A stretch of 63,774 bases of DNA, the filler included, from Globobulimina sp. (taxonomy: Eukaryota), in the NCBI GenBank assembly GCA_003354225.1. It is 46 parts of 46 records of this genome, joined end to end, with 100 filler letters (N's around TTAATTAATTAA, not from the genome) between each part and the next. Parts side by side here need not be neighbours in the genome. Positions count along the whole stretch, not along the records: positions 23,619 to 24,907 come from PIVH01019354.1; positions 25,008 to 26,296 come from PIVH01019355.1; positions 26,397 to 27,685 come from PIVH01019356.1; positions 27,786 to 29,074 come from PIVH01019357.1; positions 29,175 to 30,462 come from PIVH01019358.1; positions 30,563 to 31,850 come from PIVH01019359.1; positions 31,951 to 33,238 come from PIVH01019360.1; positions 33,339 to 34,626 come from PIVH01019361.1; 38 more parts are not named here. One strand, written 5' to 3'. Numbering within the stretch: the stretch's first letter is position 1; the number at the start of each line of letters is the position of its first letter. The notes below the pieces were generated by a model. That model did no database searches, was not told the origin of the DNA, and saw nothing but the letters and a program-made list of their open reading frames with translations. Both the position numbers and the translations under genes were made by a program. Of this stretch, positions 24,126 through 36,713 are shown one piece after another.

Positions 24126-24644
24126 TCAATCAATGATCGATAACTGTTTAATTGACGGCAATTTCTTGTTTGGTGGCAGTTTCTTGTTTGACTTTACTCC
24201 CAATTCATTTTTAAAATGATCAATGCTTAAATCAATCATCGCATCTGAAAAAGCACCAGGCTTTACAGGACCCATTGGAGCTGATTGTGGTGTCTTAATC
24301 GGTGAATATTTCTGTGATTTAAATGTGAATTTTGAAGAAGTTTCCTTTGGAGTTGTTGGCTGCTTTCGTTTCTGATATCGATGTTTGTTGCGCTTCTTTT
24401 CTGTAAAAAAATCAGTGGAAAATACGGGACCAATGTGAGAAGACTCATTAATATTAGTATTTATATTTTGAGTTCCTTCGAATTCATTGATTTGTTGTCG
24501 TGCTGTTTGCAAAATTAATTTTAAATGGTTTATAATATCACGTGGGTCGTCTGTTTCTTTTCTGGAATTGATGATCGATCCTAAGTTACTGAGGAATTGG
24601 GACGATAAGTCCTTTAGCTCCTGAAAATGTGTTGCTGCTGCCAT
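24126..24644 (-). CDS. Hypothetical protein
   Basis: 172-aa ATG-initiated ORF. Confidence 0.55.
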   Translation of the reverse strand: MAAATHFQELKDLSSQFLSNLGSIINSRKETDDPRDIINHLKLILQTARQQINEFEGTQNINTNINESSHIGPVFSTDFFTEKKRNKHRYQKRKQPTTPKETSSKFTFKSQKYSPIKTPQSAPMGPVKPGAFSDAMIDLSIDHFKNELGVKSNKKLPPNKKLPSIKQLSIID

Positions 24645-24677
24645 TCTTTTTACTATATTATCAGGTTTTTATCCCAA

Positions 24678-24907
24678 ATGAGTTCAGCTTTGCTTGTTAT
24701 CACATGGGCTCTGTTACTGGCTGTCACACAAACTACGTCCAGGTTTGAATGCAGCGAAACATCTCACTGTACATATGATCGGTTAACTTGTGACGCAAAT
24801 GAGGATTGTACCATTCTCTGCAATGGACCAAATGGTAACAAACAAAAATGTTTTTATTTATCATTACAAATCCAATTGTCTTGTTGCAATATACAGCATG
24901 CAATGGG
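24678..24907 (+). CDS. Secreted Cys-rich protein, 5' end (similar Cys spacing to contig 1)
   Basis: Signal peptide MSSALLVITWALLLA, then C…C…LTCDANEDCTILC. Confidence 0.65.
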
Positions 24908-25007
24908 NNNNNNNNNNNNNNNNNNNNNNNNNNNNNNNNNNNNNNNNNNNNTTAATTAATTAANNNNNNNNNNNNNNNNNNNNNNNNNNNNNNNNNNNNN
25001 NNNNNNN

Positions 25008-25756
25008 TTATCACCATTTATATTTGGTGTACCATGAAATTTAAACATTTCCATAATTAATTCCCATTCACAATATCCGACGAACAGTGGTGTACCTCTC
25101 GCCATTTCAGCAATAATTAATCCTAAACTCCAAATATCAACTTTGCCACAATATATATTTGCACCTAGCACTAATTCTGGCGCTCTATACCATAATGTAA
25201 CAACTTCCGTCGTTAATTCTTTTTTTATTGGTACTTGATGCTCTCGGCCTAATCCTAAATCGCCAATTTTTATGTTCATATCATGCGTTAACAGAATATT
25301 TTGTGGCTTCAAATCGCGATGCAAAACTCTTCGGGAATGCATATATGATATTCCTGATATCATTTGATGTGACCATTTCTTAATTAATTGCAACTCAATT
25401 TGATTTTCTTTTTCTTGTTGCAATTGCATATATTGAAATAAATCCATTTTGCAAAGCTCAAACACTAAACAAAAATCGTTATTAATTGTCCAAAATATAT
25501 CTTTAATTTCAACAATATATTCGCTATTTAAACTTTTTAATAATGATGCTTCTCTTAATGATGTTGGTTGTACTCCTTCATCATCACCAAATTGTTTCAT
25601 TTGTTTAATAACAACAATCTCTTTGGTTGCAATATTTTGTGCTAAATAAACAATTCCGTACGTTCCTTCTCCCAATATCTTATCTGCACTCTTTGAATAT
25701 ACTCGTTTATCGTCGTCATTGCAAATGTCGATTGTGTATTTTGTTTGTTCCGCCAT
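25008..25756 (-). CDS. Cyclin-dependent kinase (CDK1/2-like), partial
   Basis: GEGTYG, EGVQPTSLRE (PSTAIRE variant), HRDLKPQN, DLG and EVVTLWYRAPE. Confidence 0.95.
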
Positions 25757-25998
25757 GTTCAGTTAAAAAAAAAAGCAGAGTCGATGTTTGGGCTTGGCAG
25801 TTCTTACCGTACTGATCATGTAGCCAGTACTGTGGGTGTGCAATTAGTATAGTTTGTTGATAAATTTTATATTGTTTCTACGATGAGAGTTAGCATTTTT
25901 ATATTTTGCGTGTTCTTGATTTTTTCAATTTTGTTCATTTTTCGGAAATTCCAGGTTTTAGGAAAATTGGATTTGCATTATTTATATTCTTTGTGCTT

Positions 25999-26297
25999 TT
26001 ACTTGTCTGCATTACCTTTATTTTTTGCATATGCATAACGTATTAGATACTTTCTCTCAATTATCAAGGATCCAATATTTCTTTCATGTCCATGGCATAC
26101 AATGGGCGGAGTATATGATTCCAATTCATTTCTTACAAATTTTTTCAACACACTATCACCAATATTCTTAATAACTGAATGGTTGCCTCGACCAACAATC
26201 AATACCAATCCATTTGGGCATTTCTCCAAAATCCCATCCAATCTAAATCTAAATGCATAGTATAGCAGCCACTGAACCACACACCATTGCAACTTAN
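25999..26297 (-). CDS. Smr-domain protein C-terminus
   Basis: LIVGRGNHS…LK…L…PPI…N.GSLII. Confidence 0.65.
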
Positions 26298-26396
26298 NNN
26301 NNNNNNNNNNNNNNNNNNNNNNNNNNNNNNNNNNNNNNNNTTAATTAATTAANNNNNNNNNNNNNNNNNNNNNNNNNNNNNNNNNNNNNNNNNNNN

Positions 26397-26891
26397 TTAA
26401 TAAATAATAAATTAAATCAAGAAAAAGAGAAACAAGATATTGATCCATATATTCTTGATTCATTTCATTTATTTGTAAATAAAAAAACAGAATTAGTGAT
26501 TTTTATGCATGACATATTAACATATTTTGCGGAATTAAGTGATTTACTTTTTTATAGAGAGGATAATTCATTTTTAAATGTAATAAATCCGCAAATATTT
26601 CCCATATTTACAAATCTTAATAAAATTGTTATTCAAACAACAGATTGGAGTGGAAAAACAGAATATAGATTTAATTTATTATCATTTTTATCATCCATTG
26701 AATCATATAAATTATCCATAAAATATATTATTAAAGCAGAGAGAGTTTATGAAGATTCTGATGGGGTATGGAAAGCAAGCTGGTTAAGTGATATTTTGAA
26801 TGAGTCAGTAAAACAAAGATTTAATGATAAAAAATGGGATATAAATTTATCAGAAGACGGTAGCTGGGATTGTTTGATAATTAAGCAATGA
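26397..26891 (+). CDS. Lineage-specific hypothetical protein, 3' part
   Basis: Open frame from the contig edge to TGA at 26891. Confidence 0.5.
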   Translation, partial: LINNKLNQEKEKQDIDPYILDSFHLFVNKKTELVIFMHDILTYFAELSDLLFYREDNSFLNVINPQIFPIFTNLNKIVIQTTDWSGKTEYRFNLLSFLSSIESYKLSIKYIIKAERVYEDSDGVWKASWLSDILNESVKQRFNDKKWDINLSEDGSWDCLIIKQ

Positions 26892-26996
26892 TTTATCATG
26901 AACATGAATTGTAAATTGCCTTTAATTTTATGACCTAACTTGCACTCAAACCACTTGTTGAATAATTCAGTGTACGTTCTAACATTTCTCCATCAA

Positions 26997-27685
26997 ATGA
27001 ACCAGCATTGCAAGAGAACAACACTGCAATTATCCATTTTCTCTGCATGCTTGATTATATTTTTGTATTTCGAGATTTTAAATGAAATGAATGATACAAA
27101 AAAAGCATCCATATCAGCTCCGGCAATATCAAACATGAATGATTTTAATTGGAACAAGTACATTAAACTGAATTTCAACGATACGTATATATTATCAAAG
27201 TTACATAATTCTCACAATCGCAAGAAACACAAACACCCCTTCTCTATTCCTGAAGGTAACATATCATATTACAACATCCAATATGCGCAATGGATCGATT
27301 ACAATCATAAATTGCTATATTGCTTTATTCCTAAAAACAGCTGCAGTAAATTCAAGTCATTATTTTATTCCATAAACCATTTAACAACAACGACATCCAA
27401 AGGCGGAGTGTTCTGGAAAACAGAAAAATTTATAAGGTTCCATCAGGCCGGCAACGAGCATTTATATCCAACCATACAGAACGAATCCCATTATTTGAGC
27501 ATATTGGAAGATAATCAATACATAAAATTTGTAATATTGAGAGAGCCGCTACAAAGACTGTTATCTGCGTTTGTTCAGACATGCATTGTTCGAAAGTACT
27601 CTTTGTATCAAATCGAAAATAACTTAACTTGTCAGGGTGTATTATATGAATATTATTTTGTGCGTTGCAAACATTTGAACTTAAC
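26997..27685 (+). CDS. Golgi carbohydrate sulfotransferase (Sulfotransfer_2), 5' part
   Basis: Type II TM, LLYCFIPKNSCS (5'-PSB) and FVILREPLQRLLSAF (3'-PB). Confidence 0.85.
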
Positions 27686-27785
27686 NNNNNNNNNNNNNNN
27701 NNNNNNNNNNNNNNNNNNNNNNNNNNNNNTTAATTAATTAANNNNNNNNNNNNNNNNNNNNNNNNNNNNNNNNNNNNNNNNNNNN

Positions 27786-28929
27786 TCATTTCTATCCTTT
27801 TAGGATCATATACAGGCAATAAAACAGGATTAAATGGTTGATCCTCATTCAGTACATGCCACACCACTGTCAGTAGTTTTCTTGCTATGGCTATTAACGC
27901 CTTCTTTCTTGATTTGCGGATGCATAATTGTTCAAATTTTCTTTTATAATGCGAGCCTTTTGTTCTTGAAGTTGCCCAGGCACATTGTACCATAATCCTT
28001 CGTAAGTACTTATTTCCATGGGTGATTGCTTTGCTTTTTAACTTTCCGGCACTTTCATCATTTCTGGGACGCAATCCTGTCCAGCCGCTAAGTTTTCCGC
28101 TATCAGCAAAAAATCGCATGTCGGCTCCTGTTTCTGCTATAATCTGCATGGCAGAGTGACTGCTTATTCCAGGAATACTCATCAATAATCCCATCTCCCG
28201 GGAATAATGCTGCTCACATAATTCTTCCATCTTCCTTTCCAGACTATTGATCTGGGCTTTGTACAGTTTGTACTGGTCATAGGAAAGCGAAAGCGAAAAC
28301 CGATGATGTTCTGCAATATGACCTTCAAGGGATAATCTTACCATTTCTCCTTTTGAGTTTACTATCCGGCCGTGAATACAGCAGGCAAGTTCTTCCACTG
28401 TATCATTGCCAGCTATAATTTGTTCTATTACCTTTAAAACACTCATCCCATTACTCTTGCTCACAATAGAGGTAATACGAATATTACACATCTCAAGAAT
28501 TTGTTCCATCTCATGAATGATCCGTGTGCACATCTCCTGTGTCTTAACAAATCGCCGGCTATAGGTGCGTAGCTCCCGAATGATCTTACAGGGAACCATG
28601 CTGCCACGAAGCATCCCTTTGTGCAATAATTTTGCAATCCATTGGGCATCTTTTACATCACTTTTCCTGCCTGGCATCTGCTTTATCAGATAAGGGTTGA
28701 CCAACATCAACTCAAAACCGGCTTCCTCCAGAATATTCCACACCGGAATCCAGTAAATCCCGGTGCTTTCCATGGCTATTTTCTTTACCCCTTCCCCAGT
28801 AAGCATTTGAGCCATTTCTCGTAGGTTCTCTGTAAATGTTGCAAATTCAATTACTTTACCGTATTTCTTCCCATCATAAATGGCACAAAATACAGTATCT
28901 TTGTGTACATCAAGGCCGCTGACTTTCAT
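27786..28929 (-). mobile_element. Bacterial IS110-family transposase/recombinase (3'-truncated)
   Basis: GLDVHK, MESTG and KSDVKDA (DEDD RuvC-like); IPGI, ESAGK, GNKYLR and ALIAIARKLL. No introns. Confidence 0.95.
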
Positions 28930-29174
28930 AAGCTTTTGTTTTTAAGTTTTATAAACAGATTGAGCTTCGAGCTCGTATATACAAAAGTAAAGCAGTGGCC
29001 TTGATTTTTATGTGTCTGTGTTTAATCGTTGATTATATGTAAGTTTACTAAAAAATCACCATGAAAGTCAAACANNNNNNNNNNNNNNNNNNNNNNNNNN
29101 NNNNNNNNNNNNNNNNNNTTAATTAATTAANNNNNNNNNNNNNNNNNNNNNNNNNNNNNNNNNNNNNNNNNNNN

Positions 29175-29363
29175 TATTTCAACAAATATACTGCCGGCGT
29201 CGGCTGCGTCTCGTGCGCCTATGTCATGTTCGTCATGTCGTGGTTGTACGCCCTGTTGGCACTGCTTCCCACCATAGTCATATATGTATGGATCGAGTAT
29301 AGAAATCCTTCCGTTCATTGGCAAACTACCAAACAATTTAAAATACTTTGTTGCTGTAAATAA
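29175..29363 (+). CDS. SLC12 cation-chloride cotransporter-like TM11-12 fragment
   Basis: Unannotated frame YFNKYTAGVGCVSCAYVMFVMSWLYALLALL…IYVWIEYRNPSVHW. Confidence 0.65.
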   Translation, partial: YFNKYTAGVGCVSCAYVMFVMSWLYALLALLPTIVIYVWIEYRNPSVHWQTTKQFKILCCCK

Positions 29364-29485
29364 ATTTATATTTAGATACGAAATACTCTTATATATTTAC
29401 AGACTACTTATTAAAATTGTATATATATATATATTGCTTTACTTGTTTGCTGTTTTATAAAATAAATTTTCTTTAGTTCTGTACC

Positions 29486-30454
29486 ATGTCGCTGTTTCAA
29501 ACAGCAATGAAACTATTTTCTCTAATCCATATCACAATAATTGCTTCGTCATTTGTTGATCGAGGTTACGAATGGTATTCAATAACAGTAAACGATGTTG
29601 TTGCAACAAACAGCATTCAGATTTTAGCTAATTATACAACAGACAATAGCTCAAATGATTTAATAATATCAGCTAGTATATTGAATACAGGCTGCGAAAG
29701 ACATCAATTGACCACATATTTTGCAAATATTATTGAAACCAACCCATCAGCCAATAACGAATGGTCACGAATACGATATACACAGTCGTTTTCAGGATAT
29801 GCTAATTGTTGGTTCGCATTTGGTTCAACATATGATGATTTATACAGTGGTTTCCATCCGTTAGAGGTAGATGATATCATTGAGAATAATCTATGGTATG
29901 GATGTTGGGGAACAGGTGGTGTCACAGCAAACTGTGGAAATTCTAACTGTCCTCCACCAAATAATGCCACTGATTCAAATTTTTGGGATCAACACATAGC
30001 AGCTGCCGGATATAGAGGTAATGTCAGGGTTGAATTAAAGAAGGATTTAAAAAGTAATTCAGGTGAATATGCAGGTATTGTAACTATGGTTTCTTGTACT
30101 GATTCATCGTGGCAAGTTTATGATATTAAAGTTGGATTCTCCCTTCGTATGTATTGCATAATGTTTTATCTAAATTATTGTATGTATATATATATATGTT
30201 TTGATCATATAGCAACTGTCAGTCCAACAAAATATCCAACACAATATCCAACTTATGAACCCAGCAACAATACATCAAAGAGTGTGGGTGTTGCTGTATC
30301 ACAGAATGATGGAATAAATATCGATATCCATATAGTATTATACATCGTATTTGGAGTATTGATTATTTTATTAATTTTGATTATATTTTATCAATGCAGA
30401 AGGAATAACAATTTGAAATTACAAAATGAGGATGCACAAATATACACAAATTGA
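29486..30454 (+). CDS. Type I membrane protein with PT stalk
   Basis: Signal peptide, SPTKYPTQYPTYEPS and a TM helix; in-frame 66-nt intron 30147-30212. Confidence 0.75.
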   Translation: MSLFQTAMKLFSLIHITIIASSFVDRGYEWYSITVNDVVATNSIQILANYTTDNSSNDLIISASILNTGCERHQLTTYFANIIETNPSANNEWSRIRYTQSFSGYANCWFAFGSTYDDLYSGFHPLEVDDIIENNLWYGCWGTGGVTANCGNSNCPPPNNATDSNFWDQHIAAAGYRGNVRVELKKDLKSNSGEYAGIVTMVSCTDSSWQVYDIKVGFSLRMYCIMFYLNYCMYIYICFDHIATVSPTKYPTQYPTYEPSNNTSKSVGVAVSQNDGINIDIHIVLYIVFGVLIILLILIIFYQCRRNNNLKLQNEDAQIYTN

Positions 30455-30639
30455 TCACAATGNNNNNNNNNNNNNNNNNNNNNNNNNNNNNNNNNNNNNN
30501 NNNNNNTTAATTAATTAANNNNNNNNNNNNNNNNNNNNNNNNNNNNNNNNNNNNNNNNNNNNATGTTGACCATTCAAAAACAATACAACATTATAGTTAA
30601 GAAGTGAAACGTTTGTGTTCGATGGGGTTAACATTTTAG

Positions 30640-31360
30640 CTCAGAAAGCCCATCCCAGGCATTTCTAATTATGATGGATCATTTGCTAATTGCACTGGAC
30701 AAAATCGAAGAAAAAGACTGGCATAAATATACAATGGTATATGACAACATATGCCATGTTGACGATATGATTGCAGTTAGATCTATTTTACCAACTGAGA
30801 CACCTGATGGAGAAACATTGTTTCCAGAACCATTCAACAAGGCTTGGCTTTCAATAAACAAGGTACTGCGTTTGAACAGAGTCCATAAATTACTTTCATA
30901 CGAAAGAAAGACTTGGTACACTTTTTAAGTGAAAATGCAGTACTATAATAATTACTGTTGAAACTAAATATATTCATATATGAATAAATCAAACAAGGAG
31001 TATAACCATTCTGCTTCATTAAAACATTGTCTGTGTTTCAATAAAAATGAGATGTTCAATTTTCAGGCTATTGATGATAGTCTTCACATTTCAAATCACA
31101 CCACTAAAAGATGTCAAGAAAAATTTCGCCCTGAGAAAATTAAAGAGATGCATCCCAACATAACTTTAAATACAATGAGAGCTGAGCAAACATTTGTGTG
31201 GCTGTCGAGGTTTAAGAAAATATTGTGTGCCATGCCAAAGTGGCACCACATGTTCATGCTTTATCGTATCATTTTGCGAAGAAACAAATACACAATATGG
31301 AAGTTAAATTCTGGTTCTGAGCCAATACTCCCAAAATGTCGAAATGCAAAGACAACATGA
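30640..31360 (+). mobile_element. KDZ (Kyakuja-Dileera-Zisupton)-like transposase, 3' exons
   Basis: SESPSQ, YDNICH, IDDSLHISNH and NTMRAEQTFVWL motifs; intron 30863-31066. Confidence 0.7.
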
Positions 31361-31640
31361 ATTAAATATTTATCATCATCCGAATTCTAGCGATTTATTA
31401 TTATCATAAATTATTTTTCATGTTCATTTAGTTACTAAAATCCTTTATTTGTTCCTCATTTCAGTTCCAGAGTAATATAAGGATTGTTATGTGTTTGGAA
31501 TTGTTATTTAATATTTCATTATAAAATTTGAATTTATGATGCAGAAATGTCCAATTTTGGATTCTAATTATAAATAGCCATAACTTCCTTCATTAGAGGA
31601 CCATAAATAAAATTGAGTTAATTTTGTTGATAAGATAATA

Positions 31641-31850
31641 CAAAGTCCTGACATTAGTGGATCTTAAAGAGTAATGGTTCCAATGGTTCCAGGTTTTGAG
31701 CACAGGGGGGGCTCTTTGAGTTAGTATTCATCAGATAAGACAAAGTCCCGACATTAGTGGATCTTAAAGAGCAATGGTTCCAATTGTTCCAGGTTTTGAG
31801 CACATAGGGGGTCAGTTTGAGTTAGTATTCAACAAATAAGACAAAGTTAT
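31641..31850 (+). repeat. Tandem repeat, ~100-bp unit, 2+ copies
   Basis: CAAAGTCC..ACATTAGTGGATCTTAAAGAG at 31641 and 31741; a third start at ~31842. Confidence 0.9.
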
Positions 31851-31950
31851 NNNNNNNNNNNNNNNNNNNNNNNNNNNNNNNNNNNNNNNNNNNNTTAATT
31901 AATTAANNNNNNNNNNNNNNNNNNNNNNNNNNNNNNNNNNNNNNNNNNNN

Positions 31951-32816
31951 ATTCGTCAAAATACACAGATATTATTGGCTATGAATTATTTATTCAATCC
32001 AATAAATGGAAAAATGTATGGAATTACATAAAGAATCCATCAATGAACATAATAATTTACAAATCGCTATCATCACAAATAGAATACGAAAAGCACTGGG
32101 ATTACAACAATTTTGTTTATTTTCTCGAAATAATTTGTAACAATCGATTAATGCTTAAATACATTATGAATCGATCAGAATTGTGGAAACCATTGTTGTT
32201 ATTTGTGATTCAATTATTAAAGCATAAACTGTTTACAGATGAATTTGCCATTGCACTTCGTATAGCTCAAATACGCACTTACATGAAAATGAAACATATA
32301 TCATTTATTATTGAAAACAATTTTGCTGAAGCAATGGTTATATTATTCAAAAATAGAAACATTTTTCTCTTCGGAGTTATAGATAGGAAAACCATTGACG
32401 GTGCTGATGAAGTTTATTATGAGACTACATTTCGTTGTGCAGTGGATATATCAGCGTCTATTTATGTGCAATGTAATAACAATGATACGATGCATATTTG
32501 GAAGGAGTTTAAATTGAAAATAAATTTATTATTGCATAAAAGCCGAAATCATTTTAAAATTAACACACTAAAACATGAAACTTTTAAACACATTGTGGAT
32601 CGTTTTAAAGGTCGCTTACTTGTTTATGAAAGTGGTGGTCAGACCCATTCTATAACTGTAGATCGACGTTGTGGTTGGAGTAATTGTAATAAACAATCCA
32701 ATAAACCAAAGTTAAAGATTTGTAAGGGATGCAAGTTAATATATTATTGTTGTAGAAAACACCAAAAAAAAGATTGGAAATTGATTCATTCACAGCAATG
32801 TGCACAAATGCATTAA
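31951..32816 (+). CDS. MYND zinc-finger protein, 3' part
   Basis: CGWSNC…CKGC…YCCRKHQKKDW…H…C. Confidence 0.9.
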
Positions 32817-33338
32817 TGTTTGCCATTGATAAAAGGATTTGTCTTTGATAATACGTATCTCTCCCTAGCTAGGATATTTACCTTTTTGCAAATGATTTTG
32901 ATATAAATAATCTTTGATTAGCTAAATCATTATTTAATATTGATAAACACAATGCCAATTGTTTTTAGTGAAAGCATATTTCTATATTTTCACCATTTGA
33001 ATCTAACATTATCCTCCTCAACTCAGTCCTTATGGAGATCTTATGTTTGTTTGTGCATATACGATCTTTTTTGTTTTTGTGTGTATGATCTTCGGATGAT
33101 ATTTTTTGTTTTTGGTTTTTCGCAATCCCCAAATCTGTTTTCTAAAAAACGGAGGGCGGCGGCGAAGCGTAGGCGTAGCGAAGCGTAGCCGAAGCGTAGC
33201 GAAAACCAATAAATAAAAATTCATTGATAAATTGATGCNNNNNNNNNNNNNNNNNNNNNNNNNNNNNNNNNNNNNNNNNNNNTTAATTAATTAANNNNNN
33301 NNNNNNNNNNNNNNNNNNNNNNNNNNNNNNNNNNNNNN

Positions 33339-34429
33339 TTACAAGCAGCTGGATAGGTTTGCTTATTATGGCAATATCCACTACAATCGACAAACAAATC
33401 GGTTATACGCTATTATGTATTAGCAGAACTATCGTAGGGCCAAGCAACGAAGCCTTAAGAATTGCGTTACGGATATTTATTCTTAAACAGTTTGATGTTA
33501 CTAAATATGGCACAGTGATTTCAGTGTTTGAAGGAATGATATTTATCTGGTTATCTTTAATTAATGTCGTAATGCTTCAAATATATTTATCATTCTATTC
33601 AATTTCGACTACATTACTCATTCCCTCTATAATCTATCCAATTGTCGCAGTGCCTCTATTGAGCTATTTATTGCATCAAATTTATCAAAGAAGATATGCC
33701 AAACAAACCATTGGAATGGAATTGGTCAAACAGACACAAAAAGAATCAGAATCAACTCAATTAATCACTGACAATGTTAACACTTCAAACCAAGGAAAAT
33801 TCCGTTTAGCTGATATTAAATCGTTTGATTTAACATATTGGTTTCTTGTACTTAGTGGAGGTTTTTGCGGAACCTCTTTTATGGGATTTTTCAATATTCA
33901 AATTAGTTTCTTTCACCATATGTATGGATATACGTATACATTAGCGACCATATTGGGTGTTGCTGGCAGCATAACTGCAATTACAGCAATCAGTATATGT
34001 GGAATAGTGACAGATAAATACGGTATTAAATGTAAATTGATAGTGATAGCATGCTGTTGCAGCAGTTTGGCCCATTATCTTTATGGTTGGGTGCACATAA
34101 ACCTGTTTGTAACTGTTTGCAGTGTCATTGTCTTTAATATAGGATTAGGGATTGGCGCTGTTACGTATTGGTCGAGTATACCGGTTGTTGTCAATGATAA
34201 TATGGTTGGAACTGGATTTGGTATTGATACCTCGATAATATTTGCATTTAATGGTATTTGTTATATTATTGTTGGTTTATTAACATCGGAACAAGATGGC
34301 GTCAAAGAATACGAAGACGTTCAATATTTTTTGATAACGTTGCCTGCGGTTGCCGCAATATTAATATTTATTGTTTGGCAAATAGATATAAGGAATGGTG
34401 GAAAACTAGAAAACCCACAAAAAAAGTGA
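33339..34429 (+). CDS. MFS transporter (MFSD1-like), partial
   Basis: Multiple TM helices, GIVTDKYG motif and VGTGFG. Confidence 0.85.
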
Positions 34430-34726
34430 GTATATGTACATATAATTTTCTGTATATATTTATAATTAATATAAAAAAATATAATCCAGATCGCTGAAAC
34501 AAAAAAAGTATATTTTTGTGCGAAAAAAGCTCTATTTTTTCCGAACTTCAGTTGCCTTCGTTTGAGCGTTTACTCACAAAAAACTTTGTACTTAATAGCA
34601 ATTGTCACAAATCATGGGTTGTTGTGNNNNNNNNNNNNNNNNNNNNNNNNNNNNNNNNNNNNNNNNNNNNTTAATTAATTAANNNNNNNNNNNNNNNNNN
34701 NNNNNNNNNNNNNNNNNNNNNNNNNN

Positions 34727-36015
34727 ACTCGACGCCAACTACACCAATAATATTTGTATTATCCTCTGGTTCTGACCCAACGCAACAATTAATCTCATTG
34801 GCAAACAAAATGAACGCACATTTACACTCTTTGTCTCTCGGTGCGGGACAGGATAAGCCGGCCACCATTATGTTGACGAAGGGCGTCAAAAATGGCAATT
34901 GGGTATTTTTTGCAAATTGCCATTTAAGTATTAATTGGATGCCGCAGTTGGAACAATTGATTGCGAAGCTATTTAATACTAAAAATGAGCAATCCATCCA
35001 CAAGAATTTTAGGTTGTGGTTAAGTTGCAAGCCGCATCCATCATTTCCCATTGCTATCCTTCAGCGGTCGCTAAAAATTACAAATGAGCCGCCAAAAACA
35101 CTGAAAATGAATATGAAAAGAGCATATAGTGACAATTTGCAATTATTAAATCTGAATCTAAACAGAATCAATAATAATGAAAATAAGGGGAATTATAAAA
35201 AATTATTGTTTTGTTTGGTATTTTTTCATTCATTGTTATTAGAAAGACGCAAATTCGATTCTTTAGGCTGGAATATACCATATACGTTCACACAAAGTGA
35301 CTTTAAGACTTCCTCATTGATTTTATGTAATATGTTATCGAAAGCCGCCGGCAATAATAATATAGCATGGAATGCACTGAAATACTTAATATGCGATGTG
35401 ATTTATGGTGGCCGCATCACAGATAATAACGATCGACGATTAGTCTCTGTTTACGTCCATTCCTTTTTTAATGAGAAAGCAATTAAAATCACAAATTATG
35501 CATTGTCAGAATTGTCGACCATATATATTCCAGATGATAACAAAAATTCACTTAGATCCTACATTGAATATATTGACTCACTGCCCGCCGGCGATGACCA
35601 TCCGATGTTATTTGGACAACATCCCAATGCCGACATGTCGTCGCATATGAAAGAGACCAATATTTTGTTAGATACCTTATTATCATTTGAGAAAACGACT
35701 GCGTCCACTTCTTCATCGGCAGAGGACTGCAAACAACAGTCGCGAGAGGACATTATCTATGATATCAGCCAACAGCTTTTAGAGTCCATCCCCAATGCAT
35801 TCAATATGAACGAATTAAAGAAGAAATACCAAACCAATGACGCGCCATTAACCGTGGTGATGTTGCAAGAAATTGAACGATACAATTTATTATTAAGCAC
35901 AGTGTCGAACTCATTGATCAGTTTACAAAAAGGAATGAGAGGTTTAATCTCAATCTCTGCGGAATTGGAGGAAATTGCAAATTGTGTGTTTAATAATAAA
36001 GTGCCGAATTCATGN
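34727..36015 (+). CDS. Axonemal dynein heavy chain, AAA6/C-terminal fragment
   Basis: PIIFVLSSGSDP, SLGAGQ, GNWVFFANCHL, FRLWLS, KITNEPP, ERRKF..LGWNIPY and YGGRITD. Confidence 0.95.
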
Positions 36016-36114
36016 NNNNNNNNNNNNNNNNNNNNNNNNNNNNNNNNNNNNNNNNNNNTTAATTAATTAANNNNNNNNNNNNNNNNNNNNNNNNNNNNNN
36101 NNNNNNNNNNNNNN

Positions 36115-36713
36115 AATAACACCATCATTGATCAAAGTAGCAATTTAAAATTCCAATTGGGTGTTGGCAATGTCATATGTTGTTTGGATTTGGCTGTTGC
36201 TACGTATGTTTAATAAAAATGTATGTTATGAATTAATCCATTTTAAATACATTATGCATAACAAATGCCAGTATGAAAATGGGCGAAGTGTCATTGGTAC
36301 GGTGTGATACAAAATATGTATATGGCAGTCAACAAAAGTACCAATCATTGGATTTTGAGATAGAAATCGTTAAATGGAGCAAACCAAAGAAAGTGAAACC
36401 AATATCCAATGTATATGGAATAAGTTGTAATGGTATGAATAAAGAAAGAATTATACGACGTTTAAGCTCCATTGATTATAACAGAGAGTATAATATTAAT
36501 GATTATGATCAATGGTCATTTTATATCGTCTGTGTTATAATTATTATGAATGCATTATGTTTGCCATATGCTTGTATCCAATGCATTGGACAAAATTTGA
36601 AACCTATGGCCAAAAATCATAAAGAATATTATGCCACAAATTCAATGACTTCAATTATTGCTCGGTCTGGGTCTGAGCTGATTGATTTGAACCATACTGT
36701 AAGTTTACCGTAG
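36115..36713 (+). CDS. FKBP-type PPIase-like domain protein, 3' part
   Basis: FQLGVGNVICCLDLAVATMKMGE…YVYG…LDFEIEI after splicing 36204-36271. Confidence 0.7.
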
